Shown in pieces: positions 30,725 to 40,830 of a DNA stretch of 64,000 nucleotides; the stretch's first letter is position 1, and every line of letters starts with the position of its first letter. The stretch spans positions 74,007 to 138,006 of the forward strand of contig JANGFR010000002.1 of NCBI GenBank assembly GCA_024707015.1, read 5' to 3'. A model generated the notes under the pieces. The model worked only from the letters and a program-made list of their open reading frames with translations, did not search any database and was not told the DNA's origin. The position numbers and the translations under genes are program-made. This DNA comes from Candidatus Culexarchaeum yellowstonense (GTDB taxonomy: Archaea; Thermoproteota; Methanomethylicia; Culexarchaeales; Culexarchaeaceae).

Positions 30725-31705
30725 TCAATTTATTTTGAAAACTTTAATGGCATTCTCCCCCAGAATCATCTTCTCTTCTTCCCCGCTTACCCCCAACTGC
30801 TTCACTCTCCAAACAGCATTTTCAATATCAGTTATTTGGTGTGGGAAATCTGTTCCAAGCATTATTTTATTGGCACCGAGAAACGCACATGAAAACTTTA
30901 ATATATTGTTGTTGTAGCATATGGAGTCAAAATATATATTTTTGAGATATGCTGATGCTGGCTTATTAATAACCTTCTTAGCTTCAGGGTATGCCTGAAT
31001 ACAAGTATCTATTCTACCAATAATGTATGGTAAAACCCCTCCAAGATGTGCAACAACAATCTTCAGTGAAGGAAACCTCTCCATAACTCCACTTAAAATT
31101 AACCTTAAAACTGCTAAGCTGGTGTCCACTGGAAAACCGAACATTGGCACAATCCTATAATCCTCCATGAACTTGAAGTTTATTGGGGATGTGGGATGTA
31201 TGAATAATGGGAAACCCAGCCTTTCAGCTTCACCATATATGGGCCAGAATTCCCTTGAATCAAGAGGTTTACCATTAATGTTTGAGAATATTATGGCACC
31301 ATTCAGCCCCAAATCCAAAATTGCCCTCCTAAATTCCTCCAAAGCCATTTCTGGGGATTGCAATGGTAAGATTGCAAGAGCCCTAAACCTATCCGGATAC
31401 TTTTCAACAATCTCTGAAAACGAATCATTAACTATTTTAGCCAATTTAACCCCCCTATCCACAGGTTCCCTTTCAACGCCAGGAGTGGTTAAAGTTAGTA
31501 TTTGCATATCTATACCATACTTATCCATAACCTTAATCCTCTCCAAGACATCAATGTGCGGTTTAACCACCACATTGTAATCCCCCTCATACCTTATGAT
31601 CAAATTTCCATGCTCATTGAAGTCGATGGATGCGTAGCCTCCACCAATCTTCAATTCTTCAATATATTGTGGTGGGTAGAAGTGATTGTGAACATCAATG
31701 TTCAT
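30725..31705 (-). CDS. amidohydrolase family 2 (ACMSD/decarboxylase-like)
   Basis: IDVHNH, FIHP, AHLGGVLPY..GR and GTDFPH motifs. Confidence 0.88.
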   Translation of the reverse strand: MNIDVHNHFYPPQYIEELKIGGGYASIDFNEHGNLIIRYEGDYNVVVKPHIDVLERIKVMDKYGIDMQILTLTTPGVEREPVDRGVKLAKIVNDSFSEIVEKYPDRFRALAILPLQSPEMALEEFRRAILDLGLNGAIIFSNINGKPLDSREFWPIYGEAERLGFPLFIHPTSPINFKFMEDYRIVPMFGFPVDTSLAVLRLILSGVMERFPSLKIVVAHLGGVLPYIIGRIDTCIQAYPEAKKVINKPASAYLKNIYFDSICYNNNILKFSCAFLGANKIMLGTDFPHQITDIENAVWRVKQLGVSGEEEKMILGENAIKVFKIN

Positions 31706-31730
31706 TTCAACTCAACCCATAATCTATAAA

Positions 31731-33086
31731 TTATATTCTCCCCATCATATCAATTATCTTAACTATATGTTTAATGCCAAGCTTGAAATCTTCCAATCTT
31801 ATATTCTCGTTTGGCGAGTGGTTGTTGGATTCATGATATCCCACGCCCACGGAGATCATTGGTATTTTAAGCTCATTTACGAAGAGATACATTGGACCAC
31901 TACCAGAGGATATTGGGTAGACTATGGGCTCTAAACCATAAATCTCCCTTGCCGAAGATAAAGCCACTTTAACTATCTCAGCTTTCAAATCAGTTTTTGC
32001 AGCTTCATACCCAGATAATAGTGAGACTTCAATATCGTTGAAACCATACTTATCCATATGCCTCTTAAGCTTCTCCAAAAGACTTTGACAAGTTAATCCA
32101 GGTGGAAGTCTGAAATCCACTTTAGCCATGGCATGGCTTGGTATTATCGTCTTTGAACCTTGACCAATGTATCCTGAATACAGCCCATCAATATTGCAAG
32201 TTGGATTGAATAGCATGGATTTTAAAGCTTCAAACCCCCTAATGCCACCCACAAACCCCCTTATACCAAGCCTCTTGATAATCTCTTCATCATTGAATGG
32301 TATGCTCTTTAAAAGCTCCTCATCCTCCCTCTCAACTGGCTTTAGATCGTCATAGAACCCATCTATCAATATCCTACCATCATCACTACGCAAACTATTC
32401 AAGAAGTATATGAGCCTCCAAGCGGGGTTAGGTATGATGGCAGCTTCACCACTATGAACATCCACCCTCGGACCCTTCACCCTAAATTCAAAGTATGCAA
32501 TACCCCTAACACCCAATGTAATAACTGGACGGCCACTCACATCCCTATAACCAAACTCCCATATACCAGCATCCGCTGAAAACATGTTACCATAACTCTT
32601 AACATAGCTTGGAAGTGAGGGGCTTCCAATCTCCTCCTCCCCCTCAACAACAAATTTAACTGCTATGGGTAAGTCGCCAAAAACATTCAACATGGACTCC
32701 ACAGCCTTCAATCTTGCAATTATATTCCCCTTATTATCCGCAACACCCCTAGCAAATATCTTCCCATCCCTTATACTTGGCTCAAATGGCGGTGTCACCC
32801 ACAAATCCAGTGGATCTGGCGGCTGAACGTCATAATGATTATAGAATAGTAGCGTCTTCTTGTAGGATCTAGGCTTATACTCCGCATATAATAGTGGATT
32901 ACCCTTATCCACGTTCAAAACCCTAACGTTTAAACCAGCATCCTCAAACATAACCCTAAGCTTATCCACAGCCTCCACTATACCAACATTCTGAGCTGCA
33001 ATGGATGGAATCCTACAAATCTCCCTCAAATCAGATATGAACTTCTCAAAATTCTCATCAATATAATTGAAAACCGTGTTAAGCAT
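31731..33086 (-). CDS. M20 family metallo-dipeptidase
   Basis: YNHYDVQP, ARGVADNKG, EGEEEIGS and HSPNENI motifs. Confidence 0.92.
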   Translation of the reverse strand: MLNTVFNYIDENFEKFISDLREICRIPSIAAQNVGIVEAVDKLRVMFEDAGLNVRVLNVDKGNPLLYAEYKPRSYKKTLLFYNHYDVQPPDPLDLWVTPPFEPSIRDGKIFARGVADNKGNIIARLKAVESMLNVFGDLPIAVKFVVEGEEEIGSPSLPSYVKSYGNMFSADAGIWEFGYRDVSGRPVITLGVRGIAYFEFRVKGPRVDVHSGEAAIIPNPAWRLIYFLNSLRSDDGRILIDGFYDDLKPVEREDEELLKSIPFNDEEIIKRLGIRGFVGGIRGFEALKSMLFNPTCNIDGLYSGYIGQGSKTIIPSHAMAKVDFRLPPGLTCQSLLEKLKRHMDKYGFNDIEVSLLSGYEAAKTDLKAEIVKVALSSAREIYGLEPIVYPISSGSGPMYLFVNELKIPMISVGVGYHESNNHSPNENIRLEDFKLGIKHIVKIIDMMGRI

Positions 33087-33127
33087 GAAAATATTTTGAA
33101 ATAAATAGTTTTTAAAGGTTTGGTAGC

Positions 33128-34279
33128 TTATGGTGTTATGGAACGCTTAAAGTTGGTTAGAGATCTACATCCATCCTCAGTGCACACCACAGTATCCTCT
33201 ATTCTAACCCCAAACTCACCCTTCAAATATATTCCAGGCTCCACTGTGAAAACCATACCAGGCTTCAATTCCAGCCCACTCCCCTTAACGAGGTATGGCG
33301 GTTCATGAACTTGCAATCCAACTCCATGACCAAGCCTATGCGTAAAGTACTTACCAAAACCTTCACCTTCAATAATACTCCTAGCAAAGAAATCAGCTTC
33401 ACCACATGTTACGCCAGGTTTAATTTTGCCAATAGCATACCTATTAGCCCTATAGACTATATCCCAAACTTTACTCTGAAATTCACTGGGTGAACCAAAA
33501 ACTACGGTTCTAGTTATGTCTGAGAAGTATCCATTAACAGAGCAACCAGCATCTATTAAAACAACATCCCCCCTCCTCAACTTTGAAATTCCAGAGTATC
33601 CATGAGGGAGAGCCGACTTTGCTCCAAATAGGACTGTGGAGAATTGCGGTGTAGCTCCAAGCTCCCTCATCTTAGATGCACAAATATGGCTTAACTCAAG
33701 CTCAGTAACACCTTCAGATAGGCTTTGAAAGACTGTTTCAACAGCCTTATCAGATATTTCACATGCCCTCCTAATATTCTCCAATTCCCATTCACTCTTA
33801 ATCATCCTCATACCATAAACCATGCTGGAGACATCTATGAAGTGTACTCCATTAAGCTTTGATTGAAGCCTGTTAACCCACCCCCAAGGGGCATCTTCAC
33901 ATAAACCTATAACGCCAAATCTAGGTTTACACTCAACAATAAGCTTAGACAATATTTCAATGGCATCTTCATCCTCATCCCAAACCTCAATCCTACTTAT
34001 CCATGTACGTTGCCCCCTAAGCTCCTCCTCAAGCTTTGGAACCAAAATAAATGAATCCTCATTAGCACATATGTAGGCAGCTGTAAGCCTCTCGGACAAA
34101 CCAATACTTACACCAGTGAAGTAGTATAGATTTGCACCTGGAAATAGTAGGAGGCCATCAATACCCTCACCCTCAAGCTTCCCAACAATCTCATCGCACC
34201 TCGCCTTAAAAAGGTCAATCAAGTACACCACCAAAAACAAATATTTAACATTAAAAATAGAAATAGCTTTCCAAACCAA
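33128..34279 (-). CDS. Xaa-Pro peptidase (M24B)
   Basis: PHG, IDAG, SDITRT, HRLGHGVGL.VHE, EPGIY and RIED motifs; true start probably TTG near 34222. Confidence 0.92.
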   Translation of the reverse strand: MVWKAISIFNVKYLFLVVYLIDLFKARCDEIVGKLEGEGIDGLLLFPGANLYYFTGVSIGLSERLTAAYICANEDSFILVPKLEEELRGQRTWISRIEVWDEDEDAIEILSKLIVECKPRFGVIGLCEDAPWGWVNRLQSKLNGVHFIDVSSMVYGMRMIKSEWELENIRRACEISDKAVETVFQSLSEGVTELELSHICASKMRELGATPQFSTVLFGAKSALPHGYSGISKLRRGDVVLIDAGCSVNGYFSDITRTVVFGSPSEFQSKVWDIVYRANRYAIGKIKPGVTCGEADFFARSIIEGEGFGKYFTHRLGHGVGLQVHEPPYLVKGSGLELKPGMVFTVEPGIYLKGEFGVRIEDTVVCTEDGCRSLTNFKRSITP

Positions 34280-34328
34280 AACCCTTAAATAAAAGCGTAT
34301 AGGGGTTAAATTGAGGTGAACTCGAAAT

Positions 34329-34769
34329 ATGAGCTATGAGGAAGAGGGCCTGTCGAAGATAGAGCAACTGAAGCCAAACACCAGAAGCGTAAACCTAATG
34401 GTTAAAGTGGCATCGAAGGGCGAACCCAGAATGGTTAGTGGCGGAGCACACAGAGTAGCAGACATACTAGTTGGAGACGAAACTGGAGCAATATACCTAA
34501 CACTATGGGATGACGCCATAGACAGAGTAGATGAGGGAATGGTAATAAAGATAAAGAATGGATTCGTAAGCCTATTCAGAGGTAGCATGAGGTTAAATGT
34601 TGGAAGATATGGAAGCTTCGAAACAGTGGAAAATGCACCAGAAATGGAAGTAAACACGGAAAACAACCTCTCACTCGTACAATACGAGCAGGAAGAGAGG
34701 AGGGAAAGTAGATTTAGTAGAGGGAGATCAGGCCCTAGAAGATTTGAGGGGAGAAGACCTAGAAGATAG
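34329..34769 (+). CDS. ssb: single-stranded DNA-binding protein, single OB fold (crenarchaeal-type SSB)
   Basis: VGDETG.I.LTLW, IKNG.V..FRG..RLNVGRYG; Arg/Gly-rich tail; GAGGTGA RBS. Confidence 0.88.
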   Translation: MSYEEEGLSKIEQLKPNTRSVNLMVKVASKGEPRMVSGGAHRVADILVGDETGAIYLTLWDDAIDRVDEGMVIKIKNGFVSLFRGSMRLNVGRYGSFETVENAPEMEVNTENNLSLVQYEQEERRESRFSRGRSGPRRFEGRRPRR

Positions 34770-34905
34770 ATGGATGGAAAATAGAAGATAAATAGGGTAA
34801 GAGGAGTAGAGTTGGTTTTTTGAACTAAATTTTTATGTGAAAATATGGGAAACCCAGAAATAAGTAAATTTTTATCCGAGAAAAGCCAATCATAAAATTG
34901 AAGGA

Positions 34906-36345
34906 ATGTCAACGGAAAACATCATACTTATAAGAACAATTTTCGGAAGCCCAATAATAAGATTTCTATCAACACATGAGTATAATGGTAGATCACTATT
35001 AAACCATGCATTAACAATATACTCTGGGGAGGAGGAAGCAGGAAATTTAACTCTAAAAATAGCTTCATCAATAATCTCCGAAATTATAAGCTTAGGAGCA
35101 AAAGTAATGAAGGTAAATGAGGGGGAAGCTAAAAAGCTATTCAAGAATAAAGCGTTGAGGAGGGGGCTAGAAGTAATTTTGAGGAGCCTAGGGAAATATG
35201 GGGTAACTGTACCACAAAAGCTGGATTCACCATTCCTAGTGGTATGGAACTTCACAAACCTATGCAACCTTAAATGCAAACACTGCTACCAGAATGCATC
35301 ATCAATAATGGAGGGGGAATTGACACTCGAAGAGAAGATGGATGCATTGAGGCAACTGGAGGAGGCAGGGGTATCGGCAATAGCCTTCTCAGGGGGAGAA
35401 CCACTCATACACCCACACTTCTTCCAAGTGGCCAAGGAAGCTGTGAATAGAGGATTCTACACTGCAGTGGCAACCAATGGAACTACAATAACAGATGAAG
35501 CTGCAAAGAAGATGAGGGAGATTGGGATAAACTATGTTGAAGTAAGCTTAGACTCAGCAAACCCAGCTAAACATGATGAATTTAGAGGGGTTAATGGAGC
35601 ATGGAAGAAGGCTGTGGAGGGAATAAAGAATTGCGTGAAGAACGAGATATTCACTGGAATAGCTGTAACAGCCGTAAAGAGGAATTATGGGGAATGTAGG
35701 GAGATAATTAGTTTAGCAAGGGATTTAGGTGTAAAGAGGGTGATATTCTTCAATTTCATACCAGTGGGGAGGGGGGAATGGATAGTTAAGGAGGATTTAG
35801 ATCCATGGGAGAGGGAAGAATTCCTAACAATACTATATGAGGCAATGAAGGATTATGGTATAGAAGTCCTCTCCACAGCCCCTCAATATGCTAGAGTTGT
35901 AATTCAAAAGTCGCATGGAACATACGTAAGCCCAGTACACTTCTATACAGGTCCAGCAGTAGCTGGACTCAACTATTTGGCTGAATTCATCGGTGGATGT
36001 GGTGCTGGAAGAATATATTGTGCACTACAACCAAATGGAGATGTAACTCCATGCGTCTTCATACCAGACATAATCCTTGGAAACATTAGGGAGAAGAGGT
36101 TTAGGGATATATGGAATAATACGCCAATACTATCAGCCTTCCAAAGCAAAGACATTTTAAGGGAGAATTGCGGTAAATGTAGCTTTAGATATATTTGTGG
36201 TGGATGTAGAGCAAGGGCATACGCATACTTCAAAGACATATTAGCACCAGATCCAGGATGCATATACAACTCTGAACAATACGAGAACATCCTGAGGGAA
36301 ATGCATATAACCGTTGAAGGTAAAGTGAAGGTTCATGCAAATTAA
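34906..36345 (+). CDS. radical SAM protein with SPASM domain
   Basis: CNLKCKHC, SGGEP, GCGAG...PNGDVTPC and CGKC....ICGGCRARA...DPGC motifs. Confidence 0.92.
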   Translation: MSTENIILIRTIFGSPIIRFLSTHEYNGRSLLNHALTIYSGEEEAGNLTLKIASSIISEIISLGAKVMKVNEGEAKKLFKNKALRRGLEVILRSLGKYGVTVPQKLDSPFLVVWNFTNLCNLKCKHCYQNASSIMEGELTLEEKMDALRQLEEAGVSAIAFSGGEPLIHPHFFQVAKEAVNRGFYTAVATNGTTITDEAAKKMREIGINYVEVSLDSANPAKHDEFRGVNGAWKKAVEGIKNCVKNEIFTGIAVTAVKRNYGECREIISLARDLGVKRVIFFNFIPVGRGEWIVKEDLDPWEREEFLTILYEAMKDYGIEVLSTAPQYARVVIQKSHGTYVSPVHFYTGPAVAGLNYLAEFIGGCGAGRIYCALQPNGDVTPCVFIPDIILGNIREKRFRDIWNNTPILSAFQSKDILRENCGKCSFRYICGGCRARAYAYFKDILAPDPGCIYNSEQYENILREMHITVEGKVKVHAN

Positions 36346-37415
36346 ATTAACTTCATAACTGGAGCTTTCCCTAAGAAGCCTAAATCAGCAACATCACCAT
36401 AACCACCATCACTCAAAACAACCCTAATCCCATTAGGCCTATACTTAACACTTAAAGTTGAGTAAACGTCTAGGAGGAATCTGGTGAGGAGATCATCATC
36501 CATTCTTGGAAGAACAGCCATATCAAACCCTGCAACACAAATGGAGGAATATCGCAGTAGATCGTAAGCTGAAAGCTTACCCTCAAAACCCAATTGCATA
36601 AGCTTCGAATCCTCAGCATATGGAAGCATGAGTTCATTAAACCCAATGGAAGAAGGCTCCATTGAAGCAGCATGCCTCAAAACCCCATTAACATCATAAA
36701 TGGATTTCAAAGTTCCAACATCCCCAAACCTAACATTACCAAAAACCTCCAAGAGATCAACAACACTCTCATCCATCCATGGAGATATGGATAAATCCAA
36801 ACCCACCAATGGAAACTTGAAGTACTCAGCCAAATACGTTATAAACCCCTTAACACGCTTAACACAATCCAAAATGGTATTCAACATTGGAACACCATTA
36901 TTCAAACCCTCAATCAAAGTTTTAACATATAGTAGTGAAGCTGAAAGCATCGGACTACTTCCAGCGGAAGCCGATGGGAAATATGGCGTAATAATGTTTC
37001 CACCCACTGAAAATGAAACCTTCACGAAAGCCTCCAATGGAAGCTTCCTCCTAATAGTTATCAACAAATCCCTAAACACTCTAAGCTGATCCAAACCCCC
37101 ATACAAGGATATGAATAGCTTATCAAAATCCCCAAGCAAATCTGCAACATAATTCACATTTAGAGATGAATTACACATTAATGGAATTGCATAATAATTG
37201 AATGGCTCAGAAACATCATCTAAAAACTCCACTAATTCAGGCAGATTCCTAAAACTCTGCGGATCAACAGCCAACCTAAAAGTCCAAACATCCAAACCAA
37301 AACTTTTAGAAGCTTCACCAACAACATCCCGTACAAATCCGGAAATTGCAGAGAAATCCTTTAGAGATTTCGATGGAATGAGGAAAGTTAAACTCCTAAC
37401 CCTCAAACAAACCAC
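36342..37415 (-). CDS. DUF711 (UPF0210-like) family protein
   Basis: TPYFP, GLDLSISPW, GFNELMLPYAED and SSICVAGFDM motifs. Confidence 0.78.
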   Translation of the reverse strand: MVCLRVRSLTFLIPSKSLKDFSAISGFVRDVVGEASKSFGLDVWTFRLAVDPQSFRNLPELVEFLDDVSEPFNYYAIPLMCNSSLNVNYVADLLGDFDKLFISLYGGLDQLRVFRDLLITIRRKLPLEAFVKVSFSVGGNIITPYFPSASAGSSPMLSASLLYVKTLIEGLNNGVPMLNTILDCVKRVKGFITYLAEYFKFPLVGLDLSISPWMDESVVDLLEVFGNVRFGDVGTLKSIYDVNGVLRHAASMEPSSIGFNELMLPYAEDSKLMQLGFEGKLSAYDLLRYSSICVAGFDMAVLPRMDDDLLTRFLLDVYSTLSVKYRPNGIRVVLSDGGYGDVADLGFLGKAPVMKLI

Positions 37416-37503
37416 AAAATAAAATCCTCAACAAAATTAAAAAGAGTTGCTAAACGAAAGCGATAAAAAGAGTGAAAGACAACCTATAACATGAGGACCC
37501 AAA

Positions 37504-38940
37504 ATGACAACAATGACAAAGGAAAAGGAGTATGCTTTAAGCATTATTGATAAGTATGAGGGGCGTTTTGTTGAGGTTTCTGATTTGGTTTGGGAGTTTG
37601 CTGAGCTTGGTCTTGTGGAGTTTAAGTCCTCTAGTCTATTGGCTGATGAGTTGGAGAAGCATGGTTTTAGAGTTATACGTGGCATTGCTGGTATGCCAAC
37701 AGCCTTCGTAGCAGAATGGGGAAGTGGAAAACCAGTAATTGCAATTTTAGGCGAATATGATGCATTACCAGGATTATCCCAAAAGAAAGTCCCTTGGAAA
37801 GAGCCTTTGGTTGAGGGTGCTCCTGGTCATGGTTGTGGTCATAATATTCATGGTGTTAGTGGTTTGGCTGCAGCTATTGCCGTTAGGTATGCCATGGAGA
37901 AGTTTGGTATTAAGGGGACTATTAGATTCTATGGGTGTCCAGCAGAGGAAAACTTCAGCGGAAAACTATTCATGGCTAGAGATGAATATTTCGACGATAT
38001 CGATGCATCAATAAGCCACCACCCAAGCACAATGAATGGAGCAACATTAATGAGTAGCCTAGCAATAAACTCTGCCAAATTCCATTTTTATGGTAGGGCT
38101 TCTCATGCTGGTGGTAGTCCTGAGGCTGGTAGGAGTGCTCTTGATGCTGTTGAGCTTATGAATATTGGCGTCAACTATATGCGTGAACACGTTATTCAGG
38201 ATGCTAGGATTCACTATGTGATAGAGAAGGGTGGGGATCAGCCTAATATTGTGCCTCCATATGCTAGGAGTTGGTATTATGTTAGGGCTCCTGAGAGGGA
38301 GCAAGTTGAGGAAATCTATAATTGGATCCTAGACATAGCTAAGGGAGCAGCACTAATGACACAAACACAACACAAAGTGGAGTTAATAGAGGGATTGCAT
38401 AACACAATACCAAATAGAACCATCGCTGAAACCATAGTTAAAAACATGAGGCTGATTGGCCTGCCAAAGTATAGTGATGAAGACATAAAATTTGCACAAG
38501 AAATTGCTAAAACTATAAGTTTGGAGGAGAAGATAAAACAGCTTAAGAAGTCTAAGAGGCCTGGATGGGAGAATCTCATCGATAAATTGATGGATGACGA
38601 GATACCAGACCCATGGGGTGAAGGGGAAATCAGCCATGGCTCTACAGATGTGGCAGAAGTAAGTTGGAAGGCTCCGACTGTGGAATTTGGAACAGCAACA
38701 TGGGTTCTTGGTACGCCTGGACATTCATGGCAGAATGTTGCTCAAAGCGGTGTTGGCCTAGGACATAAATCATTAATATTTGCAGCAAAAACGATGGCTG
38801 CAACAGCATTAGACCTACTAACAACACCTGAACTACTCCAAAAAGCGAAGGAAGAGCATGCCAAGAGACTTAGGGGTAGGAAGTATAAACCTCCAATACC
38901 ACCAGACCATAAACCACCACTAGACGCATGGAAAAAGTAA
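37504..38940 (+). CDS. M20 amidohydrolase, AbgB-like (p-aminobenzoyl-glutamate hydrolase B family)
   Basis: GEYDALP, GHGCGHN, PAEE, GRSALDAVELMN, GSTDV and PGHSW motifs. Confidence 0.9.
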   Translation: MTTMTKEKEYALSIIDKYEGRFVEVSDLVWEFAELGLVEFKSSSLLADELEKHGFRVIRGIAGMPTAFVAEWGSGKPVIAILGEYDALPGLSQKKVPWKEPLVEGAPGHGCGHNIHGVSGLAAAIAVRYAMEKFGIKGTIRFYGCPAEENFSGKLFMARDEYFDDIDASISHHPSTMNGATLMSSLAINSAKFHFYGRASHAGGSPEAGRSALDAVELMNIGVNYMREHVIQDARIHYVIEKGGDQPNIVPPYARSWYYVRAPEREQVEEIYNWILDIAKGAALMTQTQHKVELIEGLHNTIPNRTIAETIVKNMRLIGLPKYSDEDIKFAQEIAKTISLEEKIKQLKKSKRPGWENLIDKLMDDEIPDPWGEGEISHGSTDVAEVSWKAPTVEFGTATWVLGTPGHSWQNVAQSGVGLGHKSLIFAAKTMAATALDLLTTPELLQKAKEEHAKRLRGRKYKPPIPPDHKPPLDAWKK

Positions 38941-38995
38941 AACATAAAATAAACTCTCAACCTTTTTTCTCCATAAAGCTCATGAATATACCTTG

Positions 38996-39991
38996 TTAAA
39001 ATTCTTTTCCATGGTTAAGTATGTGTTTTAATTGTAATTTTATTTTCCATAAATCCATTAAAGCCATGTCTATTGTTGGATAGTTGTATATGGTTTCACC
39101 TGGAGACTCATTGTAGAATGGTCTATTGCAGTCTGGACACCCAGACGTTTTGAATGGTTCACCACTTTCAACAACCCTAGCCAATAGGGTTTTATCGATG
39201 TTTATTGCTTTAAGCCTCCCAGAATCATCAAATTCAAAGTTATCCATGTTTGCCATATTGTGTTTTATTAGGTAATGAGCTAACTGTACGGCTCTATATG
39301 ATGATATATCTGGTTTCGGATGATTTTCCATGGATGTACCCTCCATTGGTGTGAATGCGAATAGACCAACATTAATCTTAGACTCGTATAGTCTATTAAT
39401 CATGGATATGAATTCTTTATCGGATCCGCCTAAACCATAGATTAAGTGTATTGAAACCTTATATGGACCCATAATTTCCGCAGCCTTCAAAACCATATTC
39501 ATAGTTTTACTCCAAGAGAAAGTCTTCTTCACTTCCCTAAATACCATTTCAGATGCAGCATCAACCCCTATCCCAATCCTATCAACACCACAATTCTTTA
39601 AGAGGATAATATCATCAATACTTCTAGGATGTATTGAACCCGATATTGGCAGATTCGTGACTCTCCTTATACTTGAAACTATGTTTGCAGTATCTTCAAC
39701 GTATCCTTGGTATATTAGGGTTTGAATGCATATCCGTCTAAATCCATTAGCATGTTCAATTGCATTTAGAACATCATTGAATTTGAATTTTGGCCAAGTA
39801 ACTCTGGATAAGTATTCTGGGTCGGACTTGCTACCCATAGCTTGAGTACAAAATGCGCAATTAGCCATACACCTACCATCAGCAAAGGTCATGAGGTACG
39901 CTGTTGTGGGTTCAGCTAAAACCCTAATTCTCAGTAAACCCAGTTTAGCAGCGGTACCAATGGATACCCTAATATAATCCAGCAATACCAA
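38996..39991 (-). CDS. lipS2: radical SAM protein, LipS2-type subunit of archaeal two-component lipoyl synthase
   Basis: CMANCAFC; LSRVTWP; C-terminal TSGCPDCNRP matches the TxGCPxC(N/D)RP LipS2 signature; directly downstream of a lipoate ligase domain gene. Confidence 0.8.
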   Translation of the reverse strand: MVLLDYIRVSIGTAAKLGLLRIRVLAEPTTAYLMTFADGRCMANCAFCTQAMGSKSDPEYLSRVTWPKFKFNDVLNAIEHANGFRRICIQTLIYQGYVEDTANIVSSIRRVTNLPISGSIHPRSIDDIILLKNCGVDRIGIGVDAASEMVFREVKKTFSWSKTMNMVLKAAEIMGPYKVSIHLIYGLGGSDKEFISMINRLYESKINVGLFAFTPMEGTSMENHPKPDISSYRAVQLAHYLIKHNMANMDNFEFDDSGRLKAINIDKTLLARVVESGEPFKTSGCPDCNRPFYNESPGETIYNYPTIDMALMDLWKIKLQLKHILNHGKEF

Positions 39992-40000
39992 TGTACACCT

Positions 40001-40279
40001 CTACCCTTCAGGTTTAGCTGAAAGTATTGCATTAACAATATCTCTGGCAGTCATCATGGGAAACTCCACAGACCCCTCTGAGAGAAATTTTGAAATCCTC
40101 CCATCCAACTCAACAGCATCCAATTTTGCACCGACCAATGCATTCTCCAACCCTCTAATAGCATCCTCCGGATACATGAAGAAATCACCAGTAATCCTAA
40201 TACTTTTTATAATGCCATTATCAACCTCCATGGAAACTTTAATTAGTTTCGTAGCTTTATAAACTCCTTTAAACTTCAA
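40001..40279 (-). CDS. lipoate-protein ligase C-terminal/accessory subunit (LplB-like)
   Basis: KLIKV..EV..G.I..IRITGDFF.YPE..I..LE.AL.G motif. Confidence 0.85.
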   Translation of the reverse strand: MKFKGVYKATKLIKVSMEVDNGIIKSIRITGDFFMYPEDAIRGLENALVGAKLDAVELDGRISKFLSEGSVEFPMMTARDIVNAILSAKPEG

Positions 40280-40324
40280 TGGGGGACACCATAAAAAGAT
40301 TTGAGGGGGAGTATATGAAGCTTA

Positions 40325-40762
40325 TCACAGTATGTTTAGATGGAAGGTTATTGGGACTGCTTCACCCCAAGATTGCCTTACTGGGCATATCCTTTGCGCC
40401 ATTTCAAAGCAGGAGTAAGCTTTCTCACGCTCCCACTTAGTATCCTTAAGCAACTTAACATTTATTGTGAAATCTATTTTCGTAAAAATTATCTTCTCCA
40501 AACCTTCCACACGCATGTTAACTTTGGCTATTGTCTCAAGGCTTTGTATACCGAGTTTTGAGTTACCCGCTATTAATAGGAAGAGGGTGTTCATACATGA
40601 AGCAAGAGCTGCTGCGAAGAGATTTTCCGGTGTGGGATACCCTCTCTCACCACCAAATTCCACAGGAGGACTTATCGTTGCAATCTCCCTATCATCAACA
40701 AAAACTTTTGATTTCACACCTGAGGATAATGCTGCTCTACCCTCGAAAACGAATTCACTCAT
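40325..40762 (-). CDS. OsmC/Ohr family peroxiredoxin
   Basis: PPVEFGG...PTPENLFAAALASC and CPV two-Cys pattern; start taken at ATG 40762. Confidence 0.85.
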   Translation of the reverse strand: MSEFVFEGRAALSSGVKSKVFVDDREIATISPPVEFGGERGYPTPENLFAAALASCMNTLFLLIAGNSKLGIQSLETIAKVNMRVEGLEKIIFTKIDFTINVKLLKDTKWEREKAYSCFEMAQRICPVRQSWGEAVPITFHLNIL

Positions 40763-40830
40763 AAAATGACAATAGTAATACTTCAATTTAAGTTTTACCC
40801 TTACAAAAATAAGGGGTATTGATATGGGAT

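Noticed and set aside
30150..30728. Long antisense ORFs (also 5535-6056, 34334-34912, 57867-58307, 63523-63858)
   Set aside because: Each lies opposite a well-supported gene and has no motifs; typical shadow frames
38996..39991. Biotin synthase BioB
   Set aside because: Has the LipS2 signature and lies next to a lipoate ligase domain; BioB-specific motifs were not recognised
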